Numbered from the whole stretch's first letter, positions 23,001 through 36,073 are shown. The stretch is 60,634 bases of DNA, filler included, from Sphacelaria rigidula (GCA_964200075.2; 4 parts of 4 records of this genome joined end to end with filler, not necessarily neighbours in it), one strand, 5' to 3'. Notes: a model not told the origin generated them from the sequence alone. Program-made: numbers and translations.

Positions 23001-26000
23001 TCTCACATTTTTTCAGTCGTACACCATTTGCTTTCAACAGATCTACCCAATATATTTATTTTCTCCATAGTCGCCGACATCTCGAAGATCGCTGCAGAGA
23101 AGTCTAATGAACTACCGTGTGGTTGGTGAACGATTTTTGGGTTGAATTCCTGTCATCATCGAGGCCTACTAAGGTCAGCTTTCTATTGAGAAAACAGTAG
23201 TGGAAAATGACCAAAGTCGTACGTTTGGGCAGTAAAAAGGAATAAAATGGCGGCTTCTTACATGGGACTGCAATGCAGCTGGTATGTCGTTTTGGTAAAT
23301 ATAAAGAAAAATGGCCAGTGTACTGTACGTATGTGTGTGTGCGAAGTTTCATGCCACGCATTGCATTTGCCATGGGGGTAACGATCCCCTTGAACTATTT
23401 TGTCTCCTTCAGTCCACATGGAGTCGTTCCTGCGAGAATTGGTCGTTCGCACCTGGCGGGGAGAACACACACGGACTACGCTGAGTTCGCGCCCGTACCT
23501 GTGTAGCACAATTGCATGTACGAGGTAAAGGGGTTGCCTTCGCCGCCACACTATTCTTCAAAATTTGTCGTTGTATGTTTGCGGCATCGGTGCTCTTTCA
23601 TGGGGGCGGACCTTGTCAACAGGTGTCGTGCCAGCAACACTCCAAGCTGCTGCGATCAACCAACGAGGCCGACAGGGCAAAAGCCAAAGCCGTGGAGCTG
23701 CTGATGGAGATGCACCCTTCTCTCAAGGTGCAGCGGTATTGCCACGATTTGTCGACCAACACAACACGATCATATCCTCCGGTTGATATTTTGAAATTTC
23801 GGCGGCATTTATTTTCAACAGGCATGCCCGTCTCCCTCGGATGCTGCCCTATACGAGCACCAGAATTGATACCATTATCGTACCATTCTTGTTTCAGCGC
23901 GATCATGTGTTCGACATTTGTCGTTTTTGCTGTTGCTGTTGCTGTTGCTAGTCAAGACACGAAACCACACGTGATTCCTGTGCAGATCCGTGACTCCTTT
24001 CGAAGTAAGGAACTGCCATCATCCAGAAATCAAAAATCTTTGATTCCTGAGTGTGACGCGACCCCCACACAGTAGTAGCGTAGTTGAAGGGTCTCCCGGC
24101 ATGGGCTGGTGCTAGCTGTCGGGTCCGGGTAGCGATTTCCCTCCCTACCCCCCCTCGCCTAGATATCCATGAGGCAGTGTAACCCGTGACTGTCTCTGGA
24201 CATTGCAATACCGGAAAATGAAGCAACTCATTCAAGGCTGTCATCCATGGGCAAGGTACTTTGTACACTTTGGACCGAACCGTCTTAGCAGGATGCAGCT
24301 CACCCTTCATGCGACTCGCCGAACACATTACGGCACTTCGCGCTTGGTGGTTGATTGCGAGCCTGGTCCGGCGAAAACCCGGCGTGTTCCATCCCGGCTT
24401 TGTAGGGATGCTAGGCCAATGGTCTATTGACTACGGCATGCATAATGATGCGTACACCCCCCTCCCATGCCTCCCGGACGCTACAAGTGTAAAGCAAGAG
24501 AGCGATACTAATAGTTCATCACCACTCGTGTTACTTTCCCGCACGAAAAAAACCGCGAACCAACGACGAAAACAAAATGAATGGAACGGAACGGAACGGA
24601 ACGGAACGGAACGAAACGAAACAAGGTGTCGTACGTGGAGGCGTCTCGAGATGGCAGGCACTTGTCGGTGCTCATTCGCTACGACGAGTCGCGTGGTCGC
24701 ATCATGAAGCAGTACGAGGTGGAACTCCCCGGGCCGATCCTTGTTGGCGAGGGAAAGCCGAACAACCAAAACCACGCTATTATTTTCACGAGGGGCGAGG
24801 CTTTGCAGGCTATCGACATGAACCAAGACGGAGGTGATGTACTACTGTACATAAATCAAAGTGCCTGTTGTGTTGGTCGTACTGAAATGCGGTAGTTCGG
24901 TCGGGACAGTTCCGCACTGGAGTGGTTGGTGGCGGACTCCACCAAGGACGAGCAGTTCAGCGCTTGAGTAGCTAGCTGTTGATCTCCTGTTGATGGTGCC
25001 GTCATTACAGCAGTTGCGATAGTGTCCAGCTGTCTTGTGGTCAAACATGTCGTTCTAGTTCACTGTGGAGCTGCTGTGCTTCCTGTATGTAGCTGGTGCA
25101 TTCGTCATTCGTTTAGCATAGCGTTGTGCTGCAGTGTGAATGCGTCGTCTTGCTTGTCGGCGCGGGATTTCCCGGCGCGATGATGTTTGTTGCATCACCT
25201 TGTGTCTTTGTTATCCTTTTGTGTGCGTGGGTACGTCGAGGCCGTCCCTACGTGTAAATGTCATTGGCACAACACACGCAAGTGTTCGTTCTCCTGGAGT
25301 GATATATAGTAAGCAGGACCCATCAATATATCACCTAGTATTGAGGCCCATTCACCGAACTATACCGCAAAACATGGGATCGATTGGGCGTTGAAAAACA
25401 AAACGCAGTTCAAGTTATATTTTCAACGAACTCATACCTCGCGGCGCCTAAAATGGCCGTTAAATCGTTTGTTCCCTCCCAGAAAATTGAGACCCATGCG
25501 ACAACCCGGAACGTGAGAATATCTGATGACAAATACAATCAACCTTCCAAGAGAAGAAGAGATAACGAAGTGCTCGAGAGTTTTTGCAGATGACCGAATT
25601 TTCCGCCGGGAGTAAACGGCAGCCGTGGCCTTCTCACTTAATATTGAGGCATATGTGATGAACTACAGCGCATTTGGATGGATATAAGTGGTCAATTCTT
25701 CCTGCAGTTGTGGTATTATTGTGCTCGGACCTTGGCGGTGACTTTTGTGTCACGCCCTTTTTGACCTAGCCACGGCGTGTATGAGGTGAATGGACACAGG
25801 TATATATCTCAACGCCAAACCAATGCCTGGAAATGCAGCACCAGTTGGTGCCGAGTTGTGTCTAACTATCTGGCCGTCTGCACCAGTTTCCACAGGCGAA
25901 TTCCACCGTTTCAAATGTTGTGCGTCGATACTTCTCTGATGACTGCGGGTTAGAACACTTGAATAACACCGAAGAGATCAATAATGACATAATGTTCCCG

Positions 26001-29000
26001 GTTCCCCGATGACTCTGTTTGTTTCATGTTTGTTGGATCTGAAAACTGAGTCCTAGAGTGATTGGCATCCGGGACAATCTACTGTCTGGGTCCTGTCGTG
26101 TCGTGAATTCATTCGCCACGAGCGCAAATATCGTCGTGGAAGGCAAGGCGTACATGTCACATTCGACCTCATAGAAGCCAATGATTCCCACAAGTTTCTG
26201 TCGAGAAAATCTCCTTTTAACGTTGGCCTCACGATGAGATCCTCACCACACCATAATCATCGCATACATCACTCTGTACGCCTCATCGGCAAAACGTCCC
26301 CGGGTGTTATTCCCGGTTCCCGTCGAGGCGACGAAGGAGAATATCCCCCAAAGTTAGCCGGCCAGCACAAGATCGTAAAATTATGGGGCGACCAGAAAAC
26401 TGGTGGGTGACTGACAAGCAGCGTTCACAGCTCGCGGGAAAGTCCTCTGCAGAGATGGCTACCCTGGCAACAGAACACATGCTAGAGACATGCAAAGGAA
26501 GGTGTACCAATATCCTCACCGCTAGCCGGCGGAAATAATCACCTCTACACATCTCTTCTCGTCATGAAACGAATGAAAAGGTTTACTAAGGTCCGCGGGG
26601 AGGGGGGGGGGGGGGGGGGGGGGGTTTGTTCACCCCCCCGAAGGGGAAGGGTCCCCCCAGGGGTTTGGGGGCGGGCGCGTNNNNNNNNNNCTATCGCTGA
26701 GCGAAGGAGAGAAGTTGTGGTGTGTTGGCGGGGGTGTGGCGGGGGGGGGGGGGGGGGGTGATGTTGATACTACCACATCGACGGGAACGGTTCCCACAAG
26801 TGTGTTGAGGCAGTCGCATTTTTACACACGGTCGGATTGCCTCAATCCTCAGCTGTCCAACCGTCTCAACCACGCCTTTGTTGTCCTCTCGTGCCTGTCA
26901 TCATCTCATGCATAGCATGCATAGCATGCATAGCATGCTTCGAAACGCATTGCTTCCGTTTCCGAAGGCGGCTCAACTTGTGAGAAACCCGGTAGATTGG
27001 CTTTGCAAAGAATGTAGCACTACTTGTTTGGTACCATTATGAGCAACACAAATTGGTCGGCAAGTTGAATCCACTTAAATGTGACTTCCATACATGGTCA
27101 GACTTGTACACCTGGCTTGGCTGACGTGACTAGAGTCACTGCACTCGGAGTTATGGGCCACATCGTGTTGAGAATATTGACAGGAGTTGACCGTGAGTCA
27201 GAGAAGTCGCACTGAAGTGTTAACTGAAGAAAAGGAGTGTTGACGGAGTTGCGGATTTGTCTGAAGACCATCCCACCTCACTCCCTCTCGAGACGTGAAG
27301 GGAAAGTTCACGAATAGCTTCGTGAAGGCGCATGGGGTTATATGTCTTGCCGCTGCTTGCGGTGCATGCTGAGCACTCTCAAGCTGCTTCACTGTATCTA
27401 GTGAGTGTTCGTTCGTTAACTCCAAGAATTGGTGAGATGGAGTTCGGACAGGTACCGGGGTCGGTTACCCGTAGTGAAAAAGTGTGCGCGTGCGTGCTGT
27501 GTTCACGGGTGAATCGTGCGATATTTCCTAGTGCATTGGTGTCTTTTGCCATTCTTTGTGTCATGATCTCTCTGCATTTCTTGTCTTGGGTTTTGTGCCA
27601 TTTTCGGGGTTTATGTCCTTCTGTAGTTTTTTTATTGGTTGACTGATTGCCGCACTTTAACTGACCCCCCAGGGGTACAGCCCAGGTCTCATGATAGACG
27701 TCCCCAAGAAAAACGAACTGAAACACGCCCTCAAAAAAAAAATGAACAGAAGAAAACAAAAAGTCGAACAGATTGACACAGCAGACTAAGTCGCCACAGG
27801 AAAAAAAAAGTCAACACAAGCAAAGCACAGAAATAAATGGCCGACCTACAACAAAAAAAGAAAAGGAGAGGGAAGTAAAGAGCAAATGCAATAAAATACG
27901 ATGAAAGGAAAAGGCCCAAGGGATTCAGGGCAGCAGAGTAGATACAAATACACACCAGTGGGCACCGCAGAGCCACCGACTCGGGAAATAATCAACAACC
28001 GATTACGAGCAGACAGGATTCTCCGATTGGTAGTGTTACGATTTATTTTCGTTTTCTTGTGATTGACGTTTTTGTTTCCCTACTCCTTCCCTTCACCGTC
28101 ATCTTGTGTTTGATCTATCCTATTTTTATCTTTCGTGTATGTTTTGAATGCATTATTTTTGTATTTCAGCTCTGGAAGACGCCCTGAAGATCAGGCAGCT
28201 GCTCGGAGAGTTCGACTTTGACAATGGCGGCAATAGGGCGAAGATTGTTGGATTCAGGGAATTCGTGTTCACGCACGACGTGAGCTCCATCGCACACTTC
28301 TTCAGTCTTCAGGTAAAAATAATATCTTCCGGGTGAAACGATGCACGGTATCTAATGCCTTACTGTATGCGCCATGCTACAAGCCTGTCCTCTCCCACGG
28401 CTTCTCGTGTGTTGTTCAATAACTGAAGTGTTCTCGACGTGTGTATGTACTATACCCGACGCCACCTTGCCATCACACCTCGTGGTGGCAAATAAATTTG
28501 AACCGCACTCTCTAATTTTGTCCTTTCTTCAGTTTTTTTTCACCATGTGTCATGCGACAGAAACGTGCCCCACGTCTCCTGTTTAATATAACTTTCGACT
28601 TCTCGAGGAGAGTGTTTTGGGCGACTTTCCCCCCCGCCAACCCCGCTTTCCTCGTTTTGTTTCGATTTGGCTTGTTTCGCGGAGAAGATATGGTGCGGTC
28701 AGATGCGTTTCGCTTCACGGTTTGGTTTGTTTGGTGGACAAGGTACGGTGCGGTCAGATGCGTTTCACGTCGGCATCGACTATTTTCCTGTCTTGTGTGC
28801 GGGAGTCTGTGTCTCGCTTGCTACACGTGCTACTACAGCAGATGAGACTAACACGCGCGTTTCCTTCTTTTTTTTTCGACTATGGTTACCGTAGTACGAT
28901 ACTGCGCGTGTGCATGAATACGTGTTTGTGTGTGACCATGTACCTGTCTGTGGTCTGTCAAATTGCTTTGCTTCTATTTTTCCAGGAGCTGTCGTTCGTC

Positions 29001-29102
29001 ACGTCTATTCAACGGTTCCTTGCAACACCTCTCTGCGTCCGCTTCCACTACGGCCATCCAGACCTCTTTGACAAGTGAGGCCCGTTATTCGTGATAGTAT
29101 TT

Positions 29103-29142
<40 letters not shown>

Positions 29143-29992
29143 GTGACCTTGTTCTTTTCCTACTGATATGAATCCTCCACCACGTTACAGGTATATATTA
29201 TGAGTGAAACATACCACACACCATGACTCCCCAGACCTATGGTTGTAGCGTACATGGTTGGCGTGTCCAGCGATCGCAACAGCACATACTCAACATTCAA
29301 ATGAACCACAGAAAAAACTCTTGCAACGATGCTCAGAGTTGAGTCCTCGAACGGTGCGGGTGGGACTCCTCTTGCCATGGGGATCGACCGAGGTCTGGTG
29401 TCACGTAGTGGCTAGATTGATTTTAGGAAGTTGAAGCCATGTGGTACCATTCACCGTGTTCGCGTGCTCCCTTCAGCAAATCGCCGGTTGCGCTCTCTTT
29501 ACTCAGCGAATATTCTGACGTCAATTTTTTGCTGCCTGGATGAATTTTATGCCTTTTCTTCTTTTTATCATTATCCCTCCTAGCTTCCTACGTGTTTTTG
29601 ATCGAACCTGAAACTGTTCCCATGACGCGCGGGTAGCTATATCTAATAATGACCATCTCCCGTTGACGAAACCTGAGGCAGCGGATCCCGGCAAGACCCA
29701 GCATGAAATGCACCGCCTCTTGTGTCGCTGTTTGACAATATTCCAGTGTGTTGAGTTTTGGTTTCATTCGTTGTCTGTTTTGCCTACACATGTGTTTTTG
29801 TGTGCGTTGTCTGTCGCGCTCACCGTGCCGGAAACGTTCGTGTTTGCACTCATGTTACGTTGTAGGGTGTCGGCTATGACCCTGGGTGGCATTTCTAAGG
29901 CGTCGAAGGGCATCAACCTGTCGGAGGACATCTTCGGCGGCTTTAATTTCATCTTGAGGGGGGGAAAGGCTACACAGGCCGAGTACATTCAG
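16902..29992 (+). CDS. GT48 1,3-beta-glucan synthase (callose synthase/FKS-like), internal fragment of 11 exons (~613 codons) covering the cytosolic catalytic region
   Basis: Phase-consistent GT-AG exons encode EGQRRIAFFVNSMFM, FSTLTPYYGEEV, LQLWASYRAQTLARTVRGMMYY, KFSYVVSCQ, GEGKPNNQNHAIIFTRGEALQAIDMNQD, IVGFREFVFT, RFHYGHPDLFD and GGISKASKGINLSEDIFGGFN, all hallmark GT48 blocks. The N-terminus and C-terminal TM region are cut off by the contig ends. Confidence 0.97.
18522..18815 (+). CDS. GT48 exon (ILEANPARPVF...LERLQNA)
   Basis: TTGCAG acceptor, GTGAGT donor, 294 nt, phase 2-2. Confidence 0.8.
20294..20486 (+). CDS. GT48 exon (LQAWPK...EGQRRIAFFVNSMFMKQPE)
   Basis: CGCAG acceptor, GTGCAG donor, phase 2-0, conserved RRIxFFxNS motif. 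Confidence 0.92.
21138..21326 (+). CDS. GT48 exon (VSRVENMPGFSTLTPYYGEEV...RTMPE)
   Basis: CTCAG acceptor, GTGGGG donor, 189 nt, TPYY motif. Confidence 0.95.
21780..21950 (+). CDS. GT48 exon (LQLWASYRAQTLARTVRGMMYY)
   Basis: TTGCAG acceptor, GTGAGC donor, 171 nt. Confidence 0.96.
22825..22995 (+). CDS. GT48 exon (VEADDFSQQ...AKFSYV)
   Basis: TTAG acceptor, GTGAGT donor, 171 nt. Joins the next exon to give KFSYV-VSCQ. Confidence 0.92.
23623..23727 (+). CDS. GT48 exon (VSCQQHSKLL...MHPSLK)
   Basis: AACAG acceptor, GTGCAG donor, 105 nt. Confidence 0.93.
24583..24622. repeat. (GGAAC)n/(GAAAC)n microsatellite directly upstream of a splice acceptor
   Basis: Pentamer run ending 3-4 nt before the exon at 24626. 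Confidence 0.9.
24626..24833 (+). CDS. GT48 exon (VSYVE...GEGKPNNQNHAIIFTRGEALQAIDMNQDG)
   Basis: AAG acceptor, GTGATG donor, 208 nt, phase 0-1. Confidence 0.95.
28170..28312 (+). CDS. GT48 exon (ALEDALKIRQLLGEF...GFREFVFT...FFSLQ)
   Basis: TTTCAG acceptor, GTAAAA donor, 143 nt, phase 1-0. Confidence 0.95.
28986..29074 (+). CDS. GT48 exon (ELSFVTSIQRFLATPLCVRFHYGHPDLFD)
   Basis: TTTCCAG acceptor, GTGAGG donor, 89 nt, phase 0-2. Confidence 0.96.
29104..29142. repeat. (GTA)n microsatellite
   Basis: Pure trinucleotide run in a GT48 intron. Confidence 0.95.
29866..29992 (+). CDS. GT48 exon (GGISKASKGINLSEDIFGGFN...EYIQ)
   Basis: TGTAG acceptor, GTACTA donor, 127 nt, phase 2-0. The next expected exon (VGKGRD) was not found in the window. 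Confidence 0.96.
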
Positions 29993-30271
29993 GTACTACC
30001 TTCGTTTTTTTTCATGTAGGCGTGCACACGTGTACCTGATACTTCCGCAAAATATCTTCAGGTCTTCTCCGTCGGAGCTGGTATTGTTTTCAGGGTAGGC
30101 TGCTCTGAGATAACATTTCCCCAGACTAGATTTTTTCTTCATGATTAGATCATGATTTGGGCTGTGTTCCTTGCCATGTTTTTTTTTTTCTGTTTTTTTA
30201 TTTCCTTTTCTTTTTTTTTTTTTGTATTTTCTCTCCTTCCCCCCCCTTTTTTGACACCAATTAAGTAGTGT

Positions 30272-30371
30272 NNNNNNNNNNNNNNNNNNNNNNNNNNNNN
30301 NNNNNNNNNNNNNNNTTAATTAATTAANNNNNNNNNNNNNNNNNNNNNNNNNNNNNNNNNNNNNNNNNNNN
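30272..30371. other. Artificial contig-joining spacer
   Basis: Identical 100-nt N/TTAATTAATTAA linker. Confidence 0.97.
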
Positions 30372-30607
30372 CACTGCCTTGAGTCACAGCTCGAGGCGCC
30401 TTCCCCACATGATCGTCGCAAGGCGGTCTAGCCGAGCCTTCGGGTAATCGCACACGAACTCGCTCGCGATCGTTGCAATCGCCAGCGGGGTAAGTGTTAG
30501 GTTGGGTTTCCTCCTTCCATCAAGGGAAAAAATATATATTGCCAGGAAACAACGCGGCCTCCCACCGTAAGAACGCGGCATGATCAGAAAAAAAATGTAC
30601 AAGCTTC

Positions 30608-30913
30608 TTGACCGAGGTGTTGCTCACCCAACTTTCCCTGGCAGAGTTTGTCGACTATACGATTTTATGTTTGGTAAAACTCGCCAAATTCGCCAAATAT
30701 ATCTTCACTGCAGGGTGTCACAGGTTCCTTAGCCTGTTAATCGATATTACCAGCATACAACCAGCCCCCTCCAAATGCAACGCAATTGCTCAGACGTCAC
30801 GTCCATACAGTCGAAAAACTACGTTCGTTTCTAAACCCACCGGGTACCTTGGACAGTTTGTGCAGGAGCGTAGCATTCTAGTCGCCCCGCTGACTGATGT
30901 TCTAAATAAGTAG
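30608..30913 (+). mobile_element. Decayed Ty3/gypsy pol fragment (RT thumb / RT-RNaseH connection)
   Basis: FLSLLI...PSKCNAIAQ..P...TGYLGQFV..SILVAPLTDVLNK resembles the gypsy FLG..PxKxxAI..P..GYxRxFV..AAPLTxLLxK pattern. Confidence 0.65.
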
Positions 30914-31519
30914 GAAAGCCAACAGTACTGCTACACGATGTAGGTAAACGCGTGTCTCCGTATATTTAGTACAACATACCTCACTATTATATTTTTTTTC
31001 AGCATGCGTTGTCTATTTTCATTTTCCGCCATGATTATGTCTACAGTTTCACAGAATTCGAGAACCTAGAGGGACGGCTGCTGAAAAGGTTACAGAAATG
31101 TACATATCTCGGCCCAAGAGAGGGGTACCTTTCACGCACACTCTTGCGCAATCGTACCCTACCCGACGATCCGACGCCATGCTACCGTCTGACAGGTTTC
31201 CCTTCGAGCTCTGGACTGGCCGTAAACATTACACACGTACCACCGCTGACTCAATAGCAAGAAGCTCCTTCCATATCCGCCCACCCCGTCCGAAACACCT
31301 CATACCCGAAGTGTTTGCGTCCCACCTTGAGGGGGACCAAACTGGAACGCAACACCCACATTCCATCTGACCCCTGGATTTGTCCCCGTGTTGGACTGCA
31401 TTGCCTGTATCTGTCACCATGTTGGACTGTCGAGAACTCTACGTTATTTCAGGCACTGACGGGTGGAGAAAAGGGAAAGACTTCAAAAGGGGGGGGGGCG
31501 TACTCATTTGTTTCGAGCA

Positions 31520-32000
31520 TCCAAGTAATTCCCCTAGCTGCTGTCATCTGTACTGTTCCCAAGTCCTTCACCAACTTCACTGCATCCAAGTATTCTCTGA
31601 GCTGTTGTAATCTGTAACGTTCCCAACTAGTTCACTAATTTTATTACATCCGACTATTCTTTTACCAGCTGCCATTTGCACCGTTTCCGCATCAAAGTAT
31701 TATTTTAGCTGCTGCCAGCTGCACTGCTCCTTCAGCAACTTTACCCCTTGCTTTGCAATGTCTGATGATCAGGTCATCAAAGAATACCTCGAGTAGAGAG
31801 GGTGTGAACGTCCATCCTGGTGCGACTCCTTGCAAAATATCGAAATATTTCGATATTTCCCTGTCTAGCATCATCGCACTTTTGGCACATTTCTATCGTC
31901 TTCATCGTCCACACCTTTTCCTTTGATCACGGTTCCTCATAAATTTTCCCACAGCCCATTGCTCCATACTGCGTCATGAACATTTTGCACCTGTATCACC
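31520..32000 (-). mobile_element. Decayed LINE reverse transcriptase fragment
   Basis: VQNVHDAVWSNGLWENL (cf. DVQKAYDxVWRxGLW), MLDREISKYFDILQGVAPGWTFTPSLL (cf. QGVxQGCxLSPxLF) and VQLAAAKII, with frameshifts and deletions. Confidence 0.8.
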
Positions 32001-33399
32001 CCACAGTTTCTTCGACCCCACCATCGCACCCGAAGCACCCCGCTCCCCCACGTAGTGATGCCTTGAAGCTTTTGCCCATAGGTGCTACCTCCTTGAGAGG
32101 CTATAGCAGTGCCGAGCTGAAGCACCACATGTATGATTATGGGAATTTTTTTCGGGGAGTACGATACGAAGATGGAGACTGGAAAGAACCATCTCGCCGG
32201 AAACTCGAGCGCCCCAAGCTGGAACGGAAGAACCAAAGAGAGACTGGAGCCATGGACGTTTACGAATAGCTGTTGTGTGATGTGGTATATGATATCATTG
32301 CGAGAGGAATGTGGTGATGAAATAAGGGAATGAGTAACTATATACCGCTGCTACCGTACGCTTCAGTGATACATTTTGAGTGTTGTTGTCTTTTTCTTTT
32401 GTCGCTTTGCTATTGATTGCTCCCATTTGGTAACATACGAGCACATGTGTGTGCCAAGGCGCGTGGGCACTATTTCCAGTAGAAAAGGTGTCAGTAGTTA
32501 CAGAAGAGCACCCCTCGAAAGCTGCATTCCTATAACTATTGCTCGGTTCGTGGAAAGGTTGCTTTTAGCGAGGTTCAAGCCCCGCACTACCCCAGAATCC
32601 AGTGTAACTGATCCAGGGTGTCGACGCGCGATCACGCTAACTAGCCGATCGTTCTCCAGTCTAACTGAGATCCCGGGAGAACGACAGCGACCGTACTTGT
32701 TTGCTGTTTCTGTCCTTGGAAAGGGCGTTATAGTTTTTTCCTTTCCTAACGAATGGAGTTTTCCCCTGCTCATCAGGGTTTACGTATTCATTAGATCTGC
32801 AAAGAGTTTTCCCGTGTACTGTACTTTAGCAGGTTTTTCTCGTTTTACTTTCAGGGGTATGATGCACAGGCTTTGTTTTTGTTCTGGCCCTTCCAGCCCT
32901 CCAATAAAATTTGTGTGTAGCCATATAGATATGGCTAGGGGAATGCTACAGGTTTATTGGCCATTTTCCAGTCGACTAGATTTCATGTGTCATACTTCGT
33001 CATGCTTGGTACCTGATGGGTCATACTTCATTTTGTAATAGATTTGATCTCTCTGCCCTCACGTGTCACAGCGTTTTGGACTATGCATCTCAACTAGAAA
33101 AGCACGACTTAGCCTGTACGCCAATAATACAAGAGCATCTACGCCATCACGGACTGCGGTATCAGAGGGATCTCTGTTCTTCTTACAATGTAAGCTCGAC
33201 CTCCATGCAACATATGTTGCTCTGGCGTCTGAGCGGCTCATCGGGTATGCAGCCTGACGCTGCGAACATGACTGGCTCTGCACTTGGTAACGTCGAGCTC
33301 AATGGCGTCGATACTAGTGATTGTATTTGGGCCCGCTAGCCCCCGGTGCCCACTGAACTGGCATCTTCCTACCTAGCTGGTGAGTATCGAACCATGACA

Positions 33400-36065
33400 T
33401 TGCTGCTCATTTTCAAGCTAACAGCAGCAATCCATATCCTGCAGTCAGTACGTGCAAACCGCACAAATATGTTTTGACTGTATTCCTACGCGAACAAGAT
33501 TATAAGAGCTTCTATCATTTAGCATACAGCAGTATATTGAAAACTGCCCCACCCTAGGTCGTCACCAGATACCATTCATATCAATACCATTCGAGCAAAA
33601 AATTCGCACATAAGTGCCAAAATTCCACTCAGCATATGAAAATCCGCACGTGCATGCCAATATTTCACTCAGCACATGCAATGCGACCTTCCTCGCAGCA
33701 AACACCATGCATCGTCCGTGCTAACCAGATCAGCACGAGACGCACATCCTAAATATCCACGTGTACGCCACAGTTTTACCCTGCACACGCGATACGATCA
33801 TACTCGCTCAACAACCATGTTTCATGCGCGAACATGACCACAAACCACACAATAACAAGCTGCAACCATTCTCAGAACGATTCGCGAATGTCAGTCATAA
33901 TGTGTTTCCTCATTCTCAACAAGCACTCAATCACCTCAGCACTTGCTCCTCGACATCAGCACCCAACGCGGCGCTCACCACGACAGCAACCGCCTCAGGT
34001 AATGCATTCTTTGCAGTCCTCCAGCCCGCTCCTGAGAAACAGCAGCACTCGAATCACGACCCCGTGCACAGCGTGGAGCAGCGTTTCCACTCGAACACTC
34101 GATCCTTGCACGTTCAGTCTAGCTACACCTGGCACCCCCATGGTGTAGCTCAACACGCCTCTAAAAGGTATATTCGCTCCGCCAAACCAATGCGACAGAT
34201 CCTCCGCCCTCACAGATGCTTGCGCAATCACGAACGCTCGTTCTTCAGTCGCTTTTTTACAGGAAAAAAGAGACAAAGCGGGAACATCTACACAGTTCCG
34301 AACATCAACACCTCCTGATGTCATCACCCCATCCTCCCCCAGCACCTGACCGTACAGCGGCAAAGACAACGCCGCCAAATACGCCAAACCTATCCATGCA
34401 TACACCAGTGCATACGACCACCCCAACACCACGCGACGCTCGTCGTCGCCGTCAGAATTATGATTGCATACACGCCCCTATTATTTCGATCATACAAGGC
34501 GTGTCCACAGCTACGCGCTGCTCCGGCGGCGATTCCGCCAACCCGGCATCCACGTGTCCTTCAAGCAGACACGCCTGCGAATCATCTGAACGATCTCCCA
34601 CCATGTTTCTGGCGCAGATAGATTGACCAAGAGCACGGCAAGCCTCTTACTCACTCCTGCTCGCTCGCGATACGCGAATAGCACCCCCCTGCAGCTTCGA
34701 GCATGCAAGTAGTATCTCCAGCTGCGCGCTGGTCCGGCGGCAACAAGCAACTGGGACCTCCGCCCACCAGTACTTGCTCATTGGCCGATGTAGGCCTCTT
34801 CTACATCGCCAACAGCAGCAGTAGTAACACTCATACTCGCTACAGCCGCCACCTCCTGTCCGGCTTGCTCCTCGACGGCAATAGCGGCAACGCCCACAGC
34901 ACTCTCGTGGCTGCGCACTCGGATAGGCGTATGTTGTGTCGCCTTCTTGCCCATCAAAATGTCGTGCCTGTTTCCACCGCCGCCGACCTTCACACCATCT
35001 TGTACCACACTCGGCGATGCTTAAGGTGCATGCTTGCGCAGCGCAAAGAGCAATTTCTCTTGCCCAACATCATTCGCACCACCCAAAAATGTGCCACATA
35101 GACTGTCCTCCATATGTGCGGGCATGAGGTCAGAGACCGCTGGCTCCTCAACGACATGCCAGCGTGCTTGACGCTCGTTCGTTGCGTGCACCTCACGAAG
35201 GTAGTCCTCATACTTCCACGGAAGCTGAGCAGATTTTTCACTTGAGAACTTGCGACCGTAGTAGGGCATATTCAGAAATCGTACACGGACAGCGCGACCA
35301 TCGATGACAACATATTGTCCACCGCGACATACTCCTGCACTTCGTACATTTCGGTCATTAGTACAGCACTTCATACCGCCTTTTTTTAAAAACGAAGTCG
35401 CCTCCCACGGACAGGAACAAGAACTCTCTCCTTACACCAAGACGCGCCTGGCCACCAAAGGACAATGGCTACAGCGCCTCATCCTCACGCAGGTCTCACC
35501 ACGTCTTGAAGTCCTTAGACTCCTCTTTCTAACCGTACCTGGCCAAGTGTGGAACAAGCAACTCTCGCTGGCTCCACCAGGCAGTAATTTCACCGCTTTT
35601 GTGGGACGTGCACGGGCTCACCAGCTGTCGGTCATCCCCCCGCACCTCTTGCACGAGCGATACCACAGCCCGCCCTAGCACTGCCTCAGAATCTCCTCGG
35701 CTCTACTTCTCCAACTTCTCGCGACATTAAGACGCCTTGAGCTGGTCTTGTTTGCTGCAAACTGATCAGGCCTGCCGACTTCCCTATCTTGAAGTGTCAG
35801 CTGCTTTTCAGCGGAACTACCGCCTCAGCGGACTTAATGATCGTTCATTATAGACTTCTGTCACTCAAGATCAGATTGCCATGTGGACTCCTCCCATCAC
35901 GGGCGCATGGACTTCAGCAGCTTTAGTTATTCATGTATTAAACCTTAGCATACATATACAGGAGAACAGGACCATAGCGTCTCTCCAACAGAGTAGCAAA
36001 ACCGAGCCTCACGTCATAGAGGTCACCCTAGCACAGAGCCCAGCAATCAGACCCGCAACTCCACC
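33400..36065 (-). mobile_element. ~2.7-kb repeat element with decayed gag-like ORF, copy 1
   Basis: Reverse complement aligns by eye with 42960-44945 (5' part) and 41690-42690 (3' part). Encodes MPYYGRKFSSEKSA..YEDYLREV..LLFALRKH. Confidence 0.75.
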
Positions 36066-36073
36066 TACACGAT

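Noticed and set aside
26596-26760. G-quadruplex-like poly-G cluster
   Set aside because: Flanks a 10-N gap, so the homopolymer-rich sequence here is of doubtful accuracy.
544-29992. Apparent head-to-head polysaccharide gene cluster (exostosin-WSC + GT48)
   Set aside because: The two genes lie on different size-sorted contigs joined by an artificial linker. Both lack their 5' exons, and there is no room for the large GT48 N-terminus between them.
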